Source: an uncultured Gemmatimonadales bacterium (GTDB lineage: Bacteria > Gemmatimonadota > Gemmatimonadetes > Gemmatimonadales > Gemmatimonadaceae). Taken from it: a stretch of DNA of 64,000 nucleotides. This document shows positions 1 to 9,818 of the stretch, in pieces. The notes beneath the pieces are model-generated. The model saw nothing but the letters and a program-made list of their open reading frames with translations. It had not been told where the DNA came from and searched no databases. Location of the stretch: NCBI GenBank assembly GCA_963850905.1, contig CAWKMU010000003.1:416001-480000 (forward strand), written 5' to 3'. The translations under genes were made by a program, and so were the position numbers. The stretch's first letter is position 1, and each line of letters starts with the position of its first letter.

Positions 1-24
1 GAAGATGGCGATCGGTAGCATCAC

Positions 25-157
25 AACGGAGGGTTGGGGATGGGGACTTCGGAACGGAGAGCGCGACGACGAATCCCACGCGGGCGTGTACCAATCACGA
101 GGGCCAGGAACAAAGTTCCTGGCCCTCGGTCCCTCGCTGACCGCCGACCCTGTCGTT
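25..157. repeat. Hairpin-containing intergenic element with degenerate G-rich/C-rich inverted arms; probable terminator for the converging M16 gene
   Basis: Perfect 14-bp stem CGAGGGCCAGGAAC-aaa-GTTCCTGGCCCTCG (98-128); ends AACGGAGGGTTGG...CCGACCCTGTCGTT resemble other elements in the window. Confidence 0.5.
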
Positions 158-1586
158 ACGGCAAAGAGTCCAGCGCGACGATCGGTGCGATGTGGGCTGC
201 CGCGAGGCCTGGCTCGACTGCCTTGCGGTCCCCAACTACGACGATGGTGAGATGGTCAGGATCGAGATGCTGCTGCGCCGCATCCTGGACGGCCGCGAGC
301 GACACGTCCTCGAATCGCTCAGTCAGATGGTCGTAGTAGTCGAGCGGAAGCCGAAAAGCGAGGACTGCGCGCGCCGCGTCCGCCGCCTCCGGGACGGTAG
401 CGAATTGCAACGGGAGCGACAGCGTTTCCGTGCGCTTGGCGAACGAAAGTTCCGAGTCGGTAACGGGTCGCGTCGAACGGATGTCCCGGAGCTCCGCCGT
501 CAGGATGACAATCGAACTGTCCGTCGTCGGTGTCGATACGTCCGTCTGGATCTCGAATGTCGATGGTTGCGGGATCCGCCGGTACGCGAAACCGGAGTTC
601 GCGCCATAGGTGTAGCCGTGCACCTCACGCAACGACAGGTTGAGTCGGCTATTGAACGCCCCGCCCAGGACCGTGTTGAGCAGTTCCAGCGCGTAATAGT
701 CCTTGCTGTCACGCGGGGGGCCGAGCTCGCCAGCCAGGATCACGCTCTGCGGTGAACCGGGACGATTGTAGACGTAGATGTGCGTCGCGCCGGCTGGCTG
801 CGGGAGCGGTGGGGTGACCCATCCATCTTCGCCACCCGGTTGGAGGTCGCCCACGACCTGCTCGAGGGCTGCGACGGCGCGATCAGCCGTGATGTCGCCA
901 GCGACAATGAAGCTGATATTGCGCGGGCGATAGTAGTCGCGATGAAACGCTACGAGGTCGCCACGCGTGATCGCAGCCACGCTCTGGGGCGTCTCGGTGC
1001 GCGCGTACGGGTGCGCGGGACCATACAGCTCGGGCGCGAACACACGCGACGCCAGATAGTCGGGCTGACTCTTTGACCGCTCGAGACGGGCGATCGTGTT
1101 CGCCTTGATGCGCGCAAGCGAAGAGTCCGGAAACGCAGGGTGTGTGAGCTGATCCACCATCAGGGTCAGGGACCGCTCGAAGTAGGTCGGAATGGTGAAG
1201 AACCCCAGCGCGCCCACCTCCGTCCCGAGATCGGCCTCGGCTCGTGCGATCTCGTTCGCGCTGCGCGACGTCGTGCCCTCAGCCAGCATCTGGCCGGTCA
1301 GTGCGCTGACACCCTCCTTGCCGACCGGGTCGAGCAACGCGGGCGCCACGACCAGCGCCGACACGTCGATCACGGGGAAGTCGTGATTCTCCAGCACCGC
1401 GACGCGAATGCCGCTTCGAAGCGTGCGCATCTCGATCCGCGGCACGCGGACCGCCGGAGCAGGCCCCGGGGTCGGTCGCGGCGGCGATGCAGGCTCCTGA
1501 CCGGAAGCTGCCCGGGTGTCGACGGAGACGCAGGCCATCATCACCCACAGCACGGCGACGCCGGCTCGATACGCAAGGCGGGACAT
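156..1586 (-). CDS. M16B family peptidase, non-catalytic subunit (secreted)
   Basis: Insulinase-like N and C domains (YGPAHPY, LGGAFNSRL..LRE..GYTYGA); no HxxEH; signal peptide; coupled to upstream M16 gene. Confidence 0.85.
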   Translation of the reverse strand: MSRLAYRAGVAVLWVMMACVSVDTRAASGQEPASPPRPTPGPAPAVRVPRIEMRTLRSGIRVAVLENHDFPVIDVSALVVAPALLDPVGKEGVSALTGQMLAEGTTSRSANEIARAEADLGTEVGALGFFTIPTYFERSLTLMVDQLTHPAFPDSSLARIKANTIARLERSKSQPDYLASRVFAPELYGPAHPYARTETPQSVAAITRGDLVAFHRDYYRPRNISFIVAGDITADRAVAALEQVVGDLQPGGEDGWVTPPLPQPAGATHIYVYNRPGSPQSVILAGELGPPRDSKDYYALELLNTVLGGAFNSRLNLSLREVHGYTYGANSGFAYRRIPQPSTFEIQTDVSTPTTDSSIVILTAELRDIRSTRPVTDSELSFAKRTETLSLPLQFATVPEAADAARAVLAFRLPLDYYDHLTERFEDVSLAAVQDAAQQHLDPDHLTIVVVGDRKAVEPGLAAAHIAPIVALDSLP

Positions 1587-3145
1587 CAGGTAGCCCCCTT
1601 GGGCGCGCGTTCTGGCGCCTTGGTCACGTTGACGTAGGGGCTGGTGGGCTTGCTCGCGAGGTCCAGGTGCCCGGCCGGGACCATACTCAGAATCACTCGC
1701 CCGGGTGTGAGGTACTGCCGCGCCACTCGCTCGACATCGGCCGGCGTGACCGCCTGTGCTTCCGTGAGGTCCACCTGAAAGTGGAGCGGATCATTGAAGA
1801 AGGTTTGCCCTTCAGCTAACTGGTCTGCCCGCGACTCGGTGGACTCGAGACCGGTGATCGTACCGACGACCGCGAACCGCTTCGTGCGGTCCACCTCTGC
1901 CTGCGACGGCGCCGTCGTGCGCAGCGCCGTGAGCACGCTGTCGGTGAGCTGCTCCAGTCGTGTGAGCGACACACCGGGTCGCGGGCTGATACTGATGCTG
2001 AAGACGCCCTCGTTCTCGTGCTCAGTGTTGCCAGCCGACACGCTCGTGGCCATCTGGCGGTCGTACACCAGCAGCTTGGTGAGCCGGCTGATACGATCCT
2101 GCGTCAGCATGTCCCCCAGTGCGTCGAGCGGCGCCGCATCGCGGCTGTGCACGCCGACCGTCGGCCACGCCATTTCCAGCCGCGGAAGTGTCGCCTTCGC
2201 ATCTTCGAGAACCAGCCGATGCTCGCTGGTCAGCGTCGCGGGCGACACGACCGGGCGTTGGATCTCGGGGCCTCGCGGAATCGACCCGAAGTACTGCGCC
2301 ACTAGAGCGTGGGTATTCGCGATGTCGAAATCCCCGCAGATCGACAGCGTCGCATTCTCGGGCGCGTAGTAGGTCCGGAAAAACGACTTGACGTCGTCGA
2401 GACTCGCGGCCGACAAGTCAGCCATCGAGCCGATGACCGGCCACGAGTACGGGTTTGTCGGCGGGAACAACGCCGCGTCCAGTGACTCGCCCGCCTGGCC
2501 GTACGGCTGGTTGTCCACACGGTAGCGCCGCTCGTTCTTCACGACGTCCCGCTGGTTGTCGAGCTTCTCCTGCGTGAGTGCCGCCGCCAGCGTGCCCATG
2601 CGATCGGCTTCGAGCCACAGCACCGTCGCCAGGTAGTTGGCCGGCACCGTCTCGAAATAGTTCGTGCGATCGTTGTTGGTCGTCCCGTTCATCGTGCCGC
2701 CAGCGTCCTCGATCGTCTTGATGTGCTCCCCTTTTGCCGCGTGCGCCGAACCCTGAAACATCACGTGCTCGAAGAGGTGCGCAAATCCCGTCCGCCCGAC
2801 ATGCTCGTTCTTCGAGCCCACGTGATACCAGATGGCGACTGACACGACGGGCGCACTCGTATCGCGCGACAACACGACGGTCAAACCATTGGGCAGCGTG
2901 AACCGATCGACAGGAATCTTCGGAATCGGTAAGGAATCGGGACCGCCACGTCCATTCGCCGACCGCACGGTATTGTCAATCGGCGGGTAGGGGCGACGCA
3001 TGCGTCGCCCGCCGTTGTCGTTCACACCAACGCCGCTGCCGTTGACATCATTGCCGGCAGCGGCGGCGCTCTGCGCCGGAGAAACGAGAAACGCGGAAAG
3101 GAGAGAGGAGAGGAAAAACAATCGCCAACGGGCTCGCTCGCTCAT
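1586..3145 (-). CDS. M16B family zinc peptidase, catalytic subunit (secreted)
   Basis: GRTGFAHLFEH (HxxEH), NGTTNNDRTNYFE, VVKNERR; signal peptide; REP-derived insert after the signal peptide. Confidence 0.9.
   Translation of the reverse strand: MSERARWRLFFLSSLLSAFLVSPAQSAAAAGNDVNGSGVGVNDNGGRRMRRPYPPIDNTVRSANGRGGPDSLPIPKIPVDRFTLPNGLTVVLSRDTSAPVVSVAIWYHVGSKNEHVGRTGFAHLFEHVMFQGSAHAAKGEHIKTIEDAGGTMNGTTNNDRTNYFETVPANYLATVLWLEADRMGTLAAALTQEKLDNQRDVVKNERRYRVDNQPYGQAGESLDAALFPPTNPYSWPVIGSMADLSAASLDDVKSFFRTYYAPENATLSICGDFDIANTHALVAQYFGSIPRGPEIQRPVVSPATLTSEHRLVLEDAKATLPRLEMAWPTVGVHSRDAAPLDALGDMLTQDRISRLTKLLVYDRQMATSVSAGNTEHENEGVFSISISPRPGVSLTRLEQLTDSVLTALRTTAPSQAEVDRTKRFAVVGTITGLESTESRADQLAEGQTFFNDPLHFQVDLTEAQAVTPADVERVARQYLTPGRVILSMVPAGHLDLASKPTSPYVNVTKAPERAPKGAT
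2987..3010 (+). repeat. GTAG-type REP palindrome inside the M16 CDS
   Basis: GTAG+GGGCGACGCATGCGTCGCCC, identical to the intergenic copy at 56513-56536. Confidence 0.85.
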
Positions 3146-3224
3146 CGCCGTTCTCCTTTCTGCGGGTCTCCTGTCTTCAGGGGCCGAAAACGCCCCTTCA
3201 GCGTCCAGCGTCTAACGTCTAGTC

Positions 3225-4172
3225 TCACTCGATATCGTCGATTGATCGAGGCCAGTCTTGTTTGAGCAGACGAGAGAGCGCCCGATCGGCGAGCAAACGG
3301 CCTCCCGTCTGACACCTCGCACAGTAATTGGTTTCGTTGGCCGCGTAGCGAATGCGCTGGACCGGTGCTCCGCAGACCGGACACGGCTGTCGGAATCGAC
3401 CGTGCACGGCCATGCCCTCTCGGAACGCGGTGACCGTCTCCGGGAACCCGGCGCCGGCCTCCGCCCGAAGACGCGCAACCCACTCGCTCAAGACCGCACG
3501 AGTCGCCACATACAGGCGCTGGATCTCATCCGGCGTGAGTCGGCTCGTGAGCGCGAGTGGCGACAGCTGAGCGCGATGCAGGATCTCGTCGGAATACGCG
3601 TTGCCGATGCCGCTGAACAGCTGCGGGTCGGTGAGCGCGCGCTTGAGGGTATGGTTCTCGCTCCGCAGTCGCTGCGTGAACTCGAGGGGGCTCGCGTCCA
3701 ACACTTCGAGTCCGCCCCGGTCGAACGCCGCGAGGCTCGCGGCGCCGCGCACGATGTGCAGGGATGCCCGCCGGGTCGTCCCCGCCTCGGTGAAGTAGAG
3801 CGTGCCGGTCGGAAAGACAAAGGTCGCGAGCACCAGTCGAGCGGGTACGGCGGCCGGCCCTCGGCCTCGCTTTGCCCCGCCGCGGGGACGCTCGGGCTCG
3901 CCGCCGTTCGTGGCCTCGGCCGGCACGCGCCACCGAAGGCGCCCTGCGATCATCAGGTGGATCACGATGTAGAGATCCTCCTCGAGCGCCAGAACGATGC
4001 GCTTCCCCAGGCGACGGACGTCCAGGACCTTTCGCCCTTCGACCAGCGCGACCGGCGGCTCGACGGTCCGAAGCACGAACGGCTTGTCGATCACGAGCCG
4101 CTCGAGACGTTGGCCCACCGCAACGGCGGCCAACCGCTCGACGTACACCGTGACGTCCGGCAACTCGGGCAT
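3225..4172 (-). CDS. Fpg/Nei family DNA glycosylase/AP lyase
   Basis: N-terminal [24 protein letters not shown] (H2TH), CPVC...CARCQ zinc finger. Confidence 0.9.
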   Translation of the reverse strand: MPELPDVTVYVERLAAVAVGQRLERLVIDKPFVLRTVEPPVALVEGRKVLDVRRLGKRIVLALEEDLYIVIHLMIAGRLRWRVPAEATNGGEPERPRGGAKRGRGPAAVPARLVLATFVFPTGTLYFTEAGTTRRASLHIVRGAASLAAFDRGGLEVLDASPLEFTQRLRSENHTLKRALTDPQLFSGIGNAYSDEILHRAQLSPLALTSRLTPDEIQRLYVATRAVLSEWVARLRAEAGAGFPETVTAFREGMAVHGRFRQPCPVCGAPVQRIRYAANETNYCARCQTGGRLLADRALSRLLKQDWPRSIDDIE

Positions 4173-4215
4173 TTGCTTGATCATGCTCACGTGCGGCCCT
4201 ACATTGCCAGTCTCG

Positions 4216-4289
4216 GCGCGAGTAGCTCAGCTGGATAGAGCGTCGGCCTCCGGAGCCGAAGGTCGTGGGTTCGAATCCCGCCTCGCGCG
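4216..4289 (+). tRNA. tRNA-Arg(CCG), CCA not encoded
   Basis: Acceptor GCGCGAG/CTCGCGC, D arm AGCTCAGCTGGATAGAGC, anticodon arm TCGGC-CTCCGGA-GCCGA, T loop GGTTCGAATCC. Confidence 0.95.
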
Positions 4290-4359
4290 TTCGGCCAAAA
4301 GCCGGTGGACACAGCCGAGGCCCAGCAACGGTCCTCGTTCGCCCACTGTGTCTGTCCGC

Positions 4360-4374
4360 TGGCGTGTGACTTGC
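4360..4374 (+). promoter_or_regulatory. Possible sigma54 -24/-12 promoter
   Basis: TGGCGTGTGACTTGC: GG-N10-GC with TTGC, ~75 nt upstream of the MlaD-like gene. Confidence 0.3.
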
Positions 4375-4450
4375 CCTCCACCCCCGCATTGTTGCCGCCG
4401 GCCTGCGGCCCTCAGTTCCTCTCGTTTCGGCCGATTCCCACTTCCCCCCC

Positions 4451-5407
4451 TTGCCCAGATCTCCTCGTTGGTCGGGATTGCTCCCGGGCCTTGGCGTCGC
4501 CGCTGCGGTGGTGGCTGCAACGGCGGCCGCGCTCATCTTCGGGCGACTAGGCGTCGTCCACGGCCGCACCATGCGCCTCTATCTCGCGACCAATCGCGGC
4601 GGGGGCGTCATCCCTGGAACGGAAGTCTGGCTGGATGGAGTCAGGGTTGGTGCGGTGCGATGGGTTCGCTTCCAGCCCCCGACCGCCGACACGACGCGGC
4701 GACTGTTGATCGCACTCGATGTCATCGAGAGTGTGCGCCCACACATCCGGCGTAACACCCGTGCGGTCCTCGAGCCAGGTGGGGACCAGCTCGGCGCGCC
4801 AGTCGTGCAGCTCTCGGGTACCGACCCGCGCGCGCCGGCGATCGAGGACGGCGACACGATGGTCTCGAGCCATTCGAGTCAGCTCCGAGAAGCGCGTGAG
4901 CGGGTCGCCGCCGCAGCGCAAACCCTACCAATCGTTCTGGACAACATTCAAGCCGTCCGCGACCAGGTGGTCTCGCAGTCGGGCACGATCGGCGCGCTCG
5001 GCAGCGACAAGGAAATCCGCTCGCGTCGCACGCTCCGTGACGAGGCCGCGCGCCTCGCACGCGATACCGCGTATCAAGGCGGGACGCTGGCATTGGCGTT
5101 CAGCGCGAGCTTTGCCGATCGGGTGCGCGCCGTGTTGGCCCGGGCCGATTCCCTCGTTCGGAACGCCACGGCGCCGCGTGGCCCCATGCGCCCCGGGGGA
5201 TCGGCGCAACGCCTCGCGCGTTCCCTTGACGACGTCGACGGCCAGCTTTCCACCCTGTCCGCGAATCTGGCGCAGATGCACGGACCAAATGCCACGGATT
5301 CGATCGCAGCGACCTCACTGCGCGACCAGATCGACCAATCCCGTGACCGACTCCACTCCTTGATGACCGACGTCGCGCACCGGCCGTTACGCTATATGAG
5401 TTTCTGA
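4451..5407 (+). CDS. MlaD/MCE family protein
   Basis: N-terminal TM helix, [21 protein letters not shown] motif, helical C-terminal region ending in PLRY. Confidence 0.75.
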   Translation: MPRSPRWSGLLPGLGVAAAVVAATAAALIFGRLGVVHGRTMRLYLATNRGGGVIPGTEVWLDGVRVGAVRWVRFQPPTADTTRRLLIALDVIESVRPHIRRNTRAVLEPGGDQLGAPVVQLSGTDPRAPAIEDGDTMVSSHSSQLREARERVAAAAQTLPIVLDNIQAVRDQVVSQSGTIGALGSDKEIRSRRTLRDEAARLARDTAYQGGTLALAFSASFADRVRAVLARADSLVRNATAPRGPMRPGGSAQRLARSLDDVDGQLSTLSANLAQMHGPNATDSIAATSLRDQIDQSRDRLHSLMTDVAHRPLRYMSF

Positions 5408-5462
5408 CACCGGTGGCCGGCGCGATTGTCTCAGAGCCGGTCCCTCCTCACCTTATTTCGTC

Positions 5463-6716
5463 GTGGACATCATTGATCTGAAGCGGAAGACCGTCGCCGA
5501 GCTGCAGACGGTCGCCGACGACCTGCATATCGAAAACGTCGCTGGATTGCGCAAGCAGGATCTCATCTTCCGCATCGAGCGGCACCTGCTCGGCACTGCG
5601 GTGGAGTTGCACGCGAGTGGTGTGCTGGAGATCCTCGATGAGGGCTACGGGTTCGTCCGCAGCCCGGACTGGAGTTACCTCGCGGGTCCGGACGACGTGT
5701 ACGTGTCGCCATCGCAGATCAAGCGATTCGACCTGCGCACGGGAGACAGCATCACCGGCCAGGTCCGACCCCCGAAGGATTGGGAGCGTTACCTCGCCCT
5801 GCTGCGCGTCGACACGGTCAATGGCGATCCGGCGGTCGCCGGCGCGCCGCGTCCCGTCTTCGACAGCCTGCGTCCACGCTATCCGGACCAACGGATCCAC
5901 CTCGAGACGAACAGCGGCGATCTCAGCATGCGCGTGGTGGATATCGTGGCACCCATCGGCAAGGGTCAGCGGGGCCTGATCGTCGCACCGCCTCGAGCGG
6001 GCAAGACCATCCTGCTGCAGAAGATGGCCAATGCCATCGTCGAGAATCACCCGGAGATCGTCTTGATCGTCCTGTTGATCGACGAACGCCCCGAGGAAGT
6101 CACGGATTTTCGAGAGAACGTTCTCGGTGCCGAGGTCGTGAGCTCCACTTTCGATGAGCCTCCGCACCGCCACGTGCAAGTCGCCGATATGGTGATCGAG
6201 AAGGCCAAGCGGCAGGTCGAGCACGGCCGGGATGTGGTCATCCTCCTCGACTCCATCACGCGGCTGGCGCGCGCGCACAACACGGTCGCGCCGCACTCGG
6301 GCAAGATCCTGTCGGGCGGAGTCGAAGCGCAGGCACTCCAGAAGCCGAAGCACTTTTTCGGGGCGGCACGCAAGATCGATGGTGGCGGATCGCTCACGAT
6401 CATTGGCACCGCGCTGGTCGAAACCGGGTCCCGCATGGACGAGGTGATCTTCGAGGAGTTCAAAGGGACGGGCAACATGGAGCTGGTCCTCGACCGCAAG
6501 ATCTCCGATCGGCGGATCTATCCCGCGATCGACATCGGTCGGTCCGGCACGCGTCGGGAAGAGTTGCTATTCGAGCCAAGTGAGGCCAATCGGGTGTTCC
6601 TCCTTCGCAGCTTCCTGGGCGATATGCCGGAAGACGAGGGCATCTTTTTCCTGCTCCAGCGGATGATGCGCTCCAAGACGAACAAGGAGTTCTTTGCCAC
6701 GATGGCCGAGGGCTGA
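5463..6716 (+). CDS. rho: Transcription termination factor Rho
   Basis: [28 protein letters not shown]-loop, [22 protein letters not shown]. Confidence 0.97.
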   Translation: MDIIDLKRKTVAELQTVADDLHIENVAGLRKQDLIFRIERHLLGTAVELHASGVLEILDEGYGFVRSPDWSYLAGPDDVYVSPSQIKRFDLRTGDSITGQVRPPKDWERYLALLRVDTVNGDPAVAGAPRPVFDSLRPRYPDQRIHLETNSGDLSMRVVDIVAPIGKGQRGLIVAPPRAGKTILLQKMANAIVENHPEIVLIVLLIDERPEEVTDFRENVLGAEVVSSTFDEPPHRHVQVADMVIEKAKRQVEHGRDVVILLDSITRLARAHNTVAPHSGKILSGGVEAQALQKPKHFFGAARKIDGGGSLTIIGTALVETGSRMDEVIFEEFKGTGNMELVLDRKISDRRIYPAIDIGRSGTRREELLFEPSEANRVFLLRSFLGDMPEDEGIFFLLQRMMRSKTNKEFFATMAEG

Positions 6717-7163
6717 TTGACGGACGTCCGTGCAACAGCATCGGGCTCGCGACGGCTGCTGGCGATCGACTACGGAGATCGTCGAATAGGACTCGCCGTA
6801 AGTGATCCCACCGGTATGATCGCCTCGCCCGTCGGTCATCTCGAGCGGCGTGCGGGCAAGCGCCCGCCGGTCGCCGAGCTGGCGCGCCGGGCTATCGCCC
6901 TCGAGGCGACGGGTATCGTGCTCGGGCTGCCACTCGACGCGAACGGCGACGAGACGCCGCGGGCCGCCGACGTGCGTGCGATGGGTACCGCGCTCGCCGC
7001 GCGCACCGGGCTTCCCGTCCGATATGTCGACGAGCGATTCACGACCGCCGCGGCGTTGCGCGCCGTCGAGGCGATGGGCGGTTCGACGCGCGGCCGGAAG
7101 GGTGACGTCGACGCGCTCGCCGCGACTGTGCTGCTGCAACATGCACTGGCCCTTCCCGAGTAG
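6717..7163 (+). CDS. ruvX: YqgF/RuvX RNase H-like nuclease
   Basis: LAIDYGDRRIGLAVSD, VLGLP, VDERFTT, VDALAATVLLQ. Confidence 0.92.
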   Translation: MTDVRATASGSRRLLAIDYGDRRIGLAVSDPTGMIASPVGHLERRAGKRPPVAELARRAIALEATGIVLGLPLDANGDETPRAADVRAMGTALAARTGLPVRYVDERFTTAAALRAVEAMGGSTRGRKGDVDALAATVLLQHALALPE

Positions 7164-8172
7164 ACCGGCCGATCGGATCGCGAGCGCCGGTCGCCGCCGC
7201 CGCGACGTGGCCGTCGGCGCCGTCACGGCGCTCGCGATGGCCGCCTGCAGTGGGCGCCCCAGCGGCGTACCCCGGCGCGTCATCATTCCGCCGGGCGCGA
7301 CTCTGCGCGCCGCAGCCGACTCGCTTGCCAACCACGAGGTAGTCGATGCCCCGTGGCTGTTCCGCCTATACGCCGGCCTTGCGCGACACGATGCCGACCT
7401 GAAGCCGGGGACGTATATGCTGCAGCGCCATCTCGGCTGGCATGCGGCACTCGACGCGATCACCCGCGGCAAGGGCCTCGTTCACGTTGTCACGATTCCC
7501 GAAGGATGGGAGTTGCGCGAGATCGAGCCGCTGCTCGAGCGCGTGCTGGACGTACCGGCGGATTCGCTCGATGCCGCCGTCCGCGACTCCGGCTTGCTCA
7601 CCAGCGTCGGCGCCGCGGGTCCAACGCTGGAAGGCTTCCTCTTCCCGGACACGTACTTCTTCCCCGACGGCGTCTCCGCGCGGGCAGCGGTCGCCGAGAT
7701 GGTCCACGAGTTCGAGCGAGAGTGGCGTCCCCAGTGGGACAGCGCCGCGCAGTCCCTGGGCCTGTCACGCACCGAAGTCGTGACCCTCGCATCGATCATC
7801 GAGAAAGAAGCACGCCTGGCCGACGAGCGCCCGCTGATCTCCGCGGTCTATCACAATCGCCTGCGTCGGCACATGCCCCTGCAAGCCGATCCCACGATAC
7901 AGTACGCCCTCGGCCATCACGTGGAGCGGATCACGTTCAAGGATCTCGAGGTCAGGTCCCCGTACAACACCTACCGCCACCGCGGCCTACCGCCCGGGCC
8001 CATCGGATCACCAGGTGTGGCGAGCCTCGACGCCGCCCTCGCGCCCGCGGCCGTGCCGTACCTGTACTTCGTCGCCGCACCGGACGGTCATCACGAGTTC
8101 CGAACGACGTTTGCGGAGCACACGGCCGCCCGCCATGCGCTGCGCCGTCAGGCGCGGCAGGAAACGCGATGA
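7141..8172 (+). CDS. mltG: Endolytic transglycosylase MltG (start uncertain, 7141 or 7207)
   Basis: TIPEG, LEGFLFPDTY, LASIIEKE, LQADPTIQY, SPYNTY..GLPPGPI. Confidence 0.92.
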   Translation: MHWPFPSRPADRIASAGRRRRDVAVGAVTALAMAACSGRPSGVPRRVIIPPGATLRAAADSLANHEVVDAPWLFRLYAGLARHDADLKPGTYMLQRHLGWHAALDAITRGKGLVHVVTIPEGWELREIEPLLERVLDVPADSLDAAVRDSGLLTSVGAAGPTLEGFLFPDTYFFPDGVSARAAVAEMVHEFEREWRPQWDSAAQSLGLSRTEVVTLASIIEKEARLADERPLISAVYHNRLRRHMPLQADPTIQYALGHHVERITFKDLEVRSPYNTYRHRGLPPGPIGSPGVASLDAALAPAAVPYLYFVAAPDGHHEFRTTFAEHTAARHALRRQARQETR

Positions 8173-8855
8173 ACGAGACCGCTCGGAATGCCTGTCGACT
8201 GATTGCGATCACGGATGACATCCGCGATGGACGCGAGGGAATCACCGCGCGAGCGCTGGCGGCCATGCGCGGCGGCGCGACCATGATCCAACTGCGTTTG
8301 AAGCACGTCGACGCTCGATCCCTGGCGGATATCGCGCGCGCGCTCGTGACCGCGCTCCCAATCCCCGTCGTGATCAACGACCGCGCGGACGTCGCCATGG
8401 CCGTCGGCGCGGCGGGCGTGCACGTGGGCAGCGACGATCTGCCCGTGGCGGCCCTGCGGCGCATCATCCCGGCGGGATTCATTGTCGGCGTCTCGGTCGG
8501 ATCGGAGAGCGAGGCCGCCGGCGCCGCGGGGGCCGACTACGTGGGAATCGGCCCCGTGTACGGGAGCGGCTCGAAGCTGGACGCGGGCGCGGCCATCGGC
8601 ATCAGCGAGTTCGGGCGCCTCGCCGACATTGTCCGACTGCCCGCCGTCGCGATTGGCGGCATTACAGCGGAGACGGCGCCCCCCGTGATCGCGGCCGGCG
8701 CGATTGGCATCGCCGTCATCGCGGCGATTTTCGGTCGCCCCGACCCTGAGGGCGCGGCCCGCGCGCTGCGGGCCGCGATCGACCGCGTGCAGCCGGCGAC
8801 GCGGACCGCGACGGGGCCTGAGCCGCCAACTCCGTTGTCTGCCAGCGAAAGTTGA
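8169..8855 (+). CDS. thiE: Thiamine phosphate synthase
   Basis: IQLRLK, INDRADVA, GVHVGSDD, ADYVGIGPVY, VAIGGI; ATGA overlap with mltG. Confidence 0.9.
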   Translation: MNETARNACRLIAITDDIRDGREGITARALAAMRGGATMIQLRLKHVDARSLADIARALVTALPIPVVINDRADVAMAVGAAGVHVGSDDLPVAALRRIIPAGFIVGVSVGSESEAAGAAGADYVGIGPVYGSGSKLDAGAAIGISEFGRLADIVRLPAVAIGGITAETAPPVIAAGAIGIAVIAAIFGRPDPEGAARALRAAIDRVQPATRTATGPEPPTPLSASES

Positions 8856-9633
8856 CGTCGGGCGTCTCGCCGCGCCGCGTCCCCTGCGGTCGGCGACGCT
8901 CGGTGTGGCGTGGCGGATCGTGCGAGCGGCGCAACGCGACCGCGAGCGCCCGCTGGACGTCCTCCCGCAAGAACACATTGACGAGGTGGGGATCGAACTG
9001 GGTACCTCGACCGGCGCGAATCGTCGCCACGCCGTCGCGAAACCCGCGTGCTCTGCTGTAGCGACGGTGCTGCGTGACGGCGTCGAACGTATCGGCCACC
9101 GCGACGACCCGTGCAGCGTAAGGGATGCGAGTCCCGGCGAGCCCCTCCGGGTAACCGGTGCCGTCCCAGCGTTCGTGGTGCGCCAGCACGCCGATCGGGA
9201 GGTCAGGGTAGAACGCGGCGAGGGGCGCGAGCACGGCTGCACCGCGTGCGGGGTGCGTCGCAATCGCCTCACGCTCCGCGCGGGTCAGGCGCGCGCGTTC
9301 GTGAATGATGTCGAATAGCGCCTCATGGATCTTGCCGATGTCGTGAAACAGCGCCACCCGCTCGATCTCGTGTTGCGTCGATTCGTCGGCGCCATCCGCA
9401 TTGGCGAGAATGAGCGCGTATCGCGCCACCCGCCGCACATGGGCGCCGGTCTCTTGATCGGTGGCGTCGATCGCGTTGAGCAGAGTCTCGGACAAGGCCG
9501 CAGCGAGCCGTTCGGCACGTCGCCGCCCCCGTCGCTCGCGCGCTAGCAACGCAGCGCCGAGCGTCGCCGCAGACGCTCCGAGCGTCGTCAGCGGTCGTTG
9601 AGGCGCACTGCGGTCGGAGTCAGGCTGAGGCAT
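8716..9633 (-). CDS. HD-GYP domain phosphodiesterase
   Basis: HVRRV, FHDIGK, HHERWDGTGYP, VADTFDA, GTQFDP. Confidence 0.85.
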   Translation of the reverse strand: MPQPDSDRSAPQRPLTTLGASAATLGAALLARERRGRRRAERLAAALSETLLNAIDATDQETGAHVRRVARYALILANADGADESTQHEIERVALFHDIGKIHEALFDIIHERARLTRAEREAIATHPARGAAVLAPLAAFYPDLPIGVLAHHERWDGTGYPEGLAGTRIPYAARVVAVADTFDAVTQHRRYSRARGFRDGVATIRAGRGTQFDPHLVNVFLREDVQRALAVALRRSHDPPRHTERRRPQGTRRGETPDVNFRWQTTELAAQAPSRSASPAARGRSRPAARGPRPQGRGDRKSPR

Positions 9634-9641
9634 GCAGAAGA

Positions 9642-9808
9642 TTAACTACGGGGGTCAGGGGTCAGGGAACAAATCGAGAGGCCGATCACTGCGCACGGTG
9701 ACCGGCTTGGACCGGTAGGGGCGACGCATTGCTTCGCCCGTTGTTGTCGTTGCGGTTGTCGTTCCTGACCCCTGACCCCGACCCCTGAGTCCCGACCCCC
9801 GTTGTTAA
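9642..9808. repeat. Composite repeat: (GGGGTCA)n arm - GTAG REP - (TGACCCC)n arm
   Basis: Ends TTAACTACGGGGG / CCCCCGTTGTTAA; REP at 9715-9739; homologous to 46559-46722 and 58049-58190. Confidence 0.8.
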
Positions 9809-9818
9809 CCTTCACCAC

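Noticed and set aside
4216..4289. tRNA as an integration site for a genomic island
   Set aside because: No integrase, no duplicated tRNA 3' end seen, and flanking genes are housekeeping
3526..4572. 348-aa minus-strand ORF
   Set aside because: Runs antisense through the tRNA ([22 protein letters not shown]) and out of frame through Fpg/Nei
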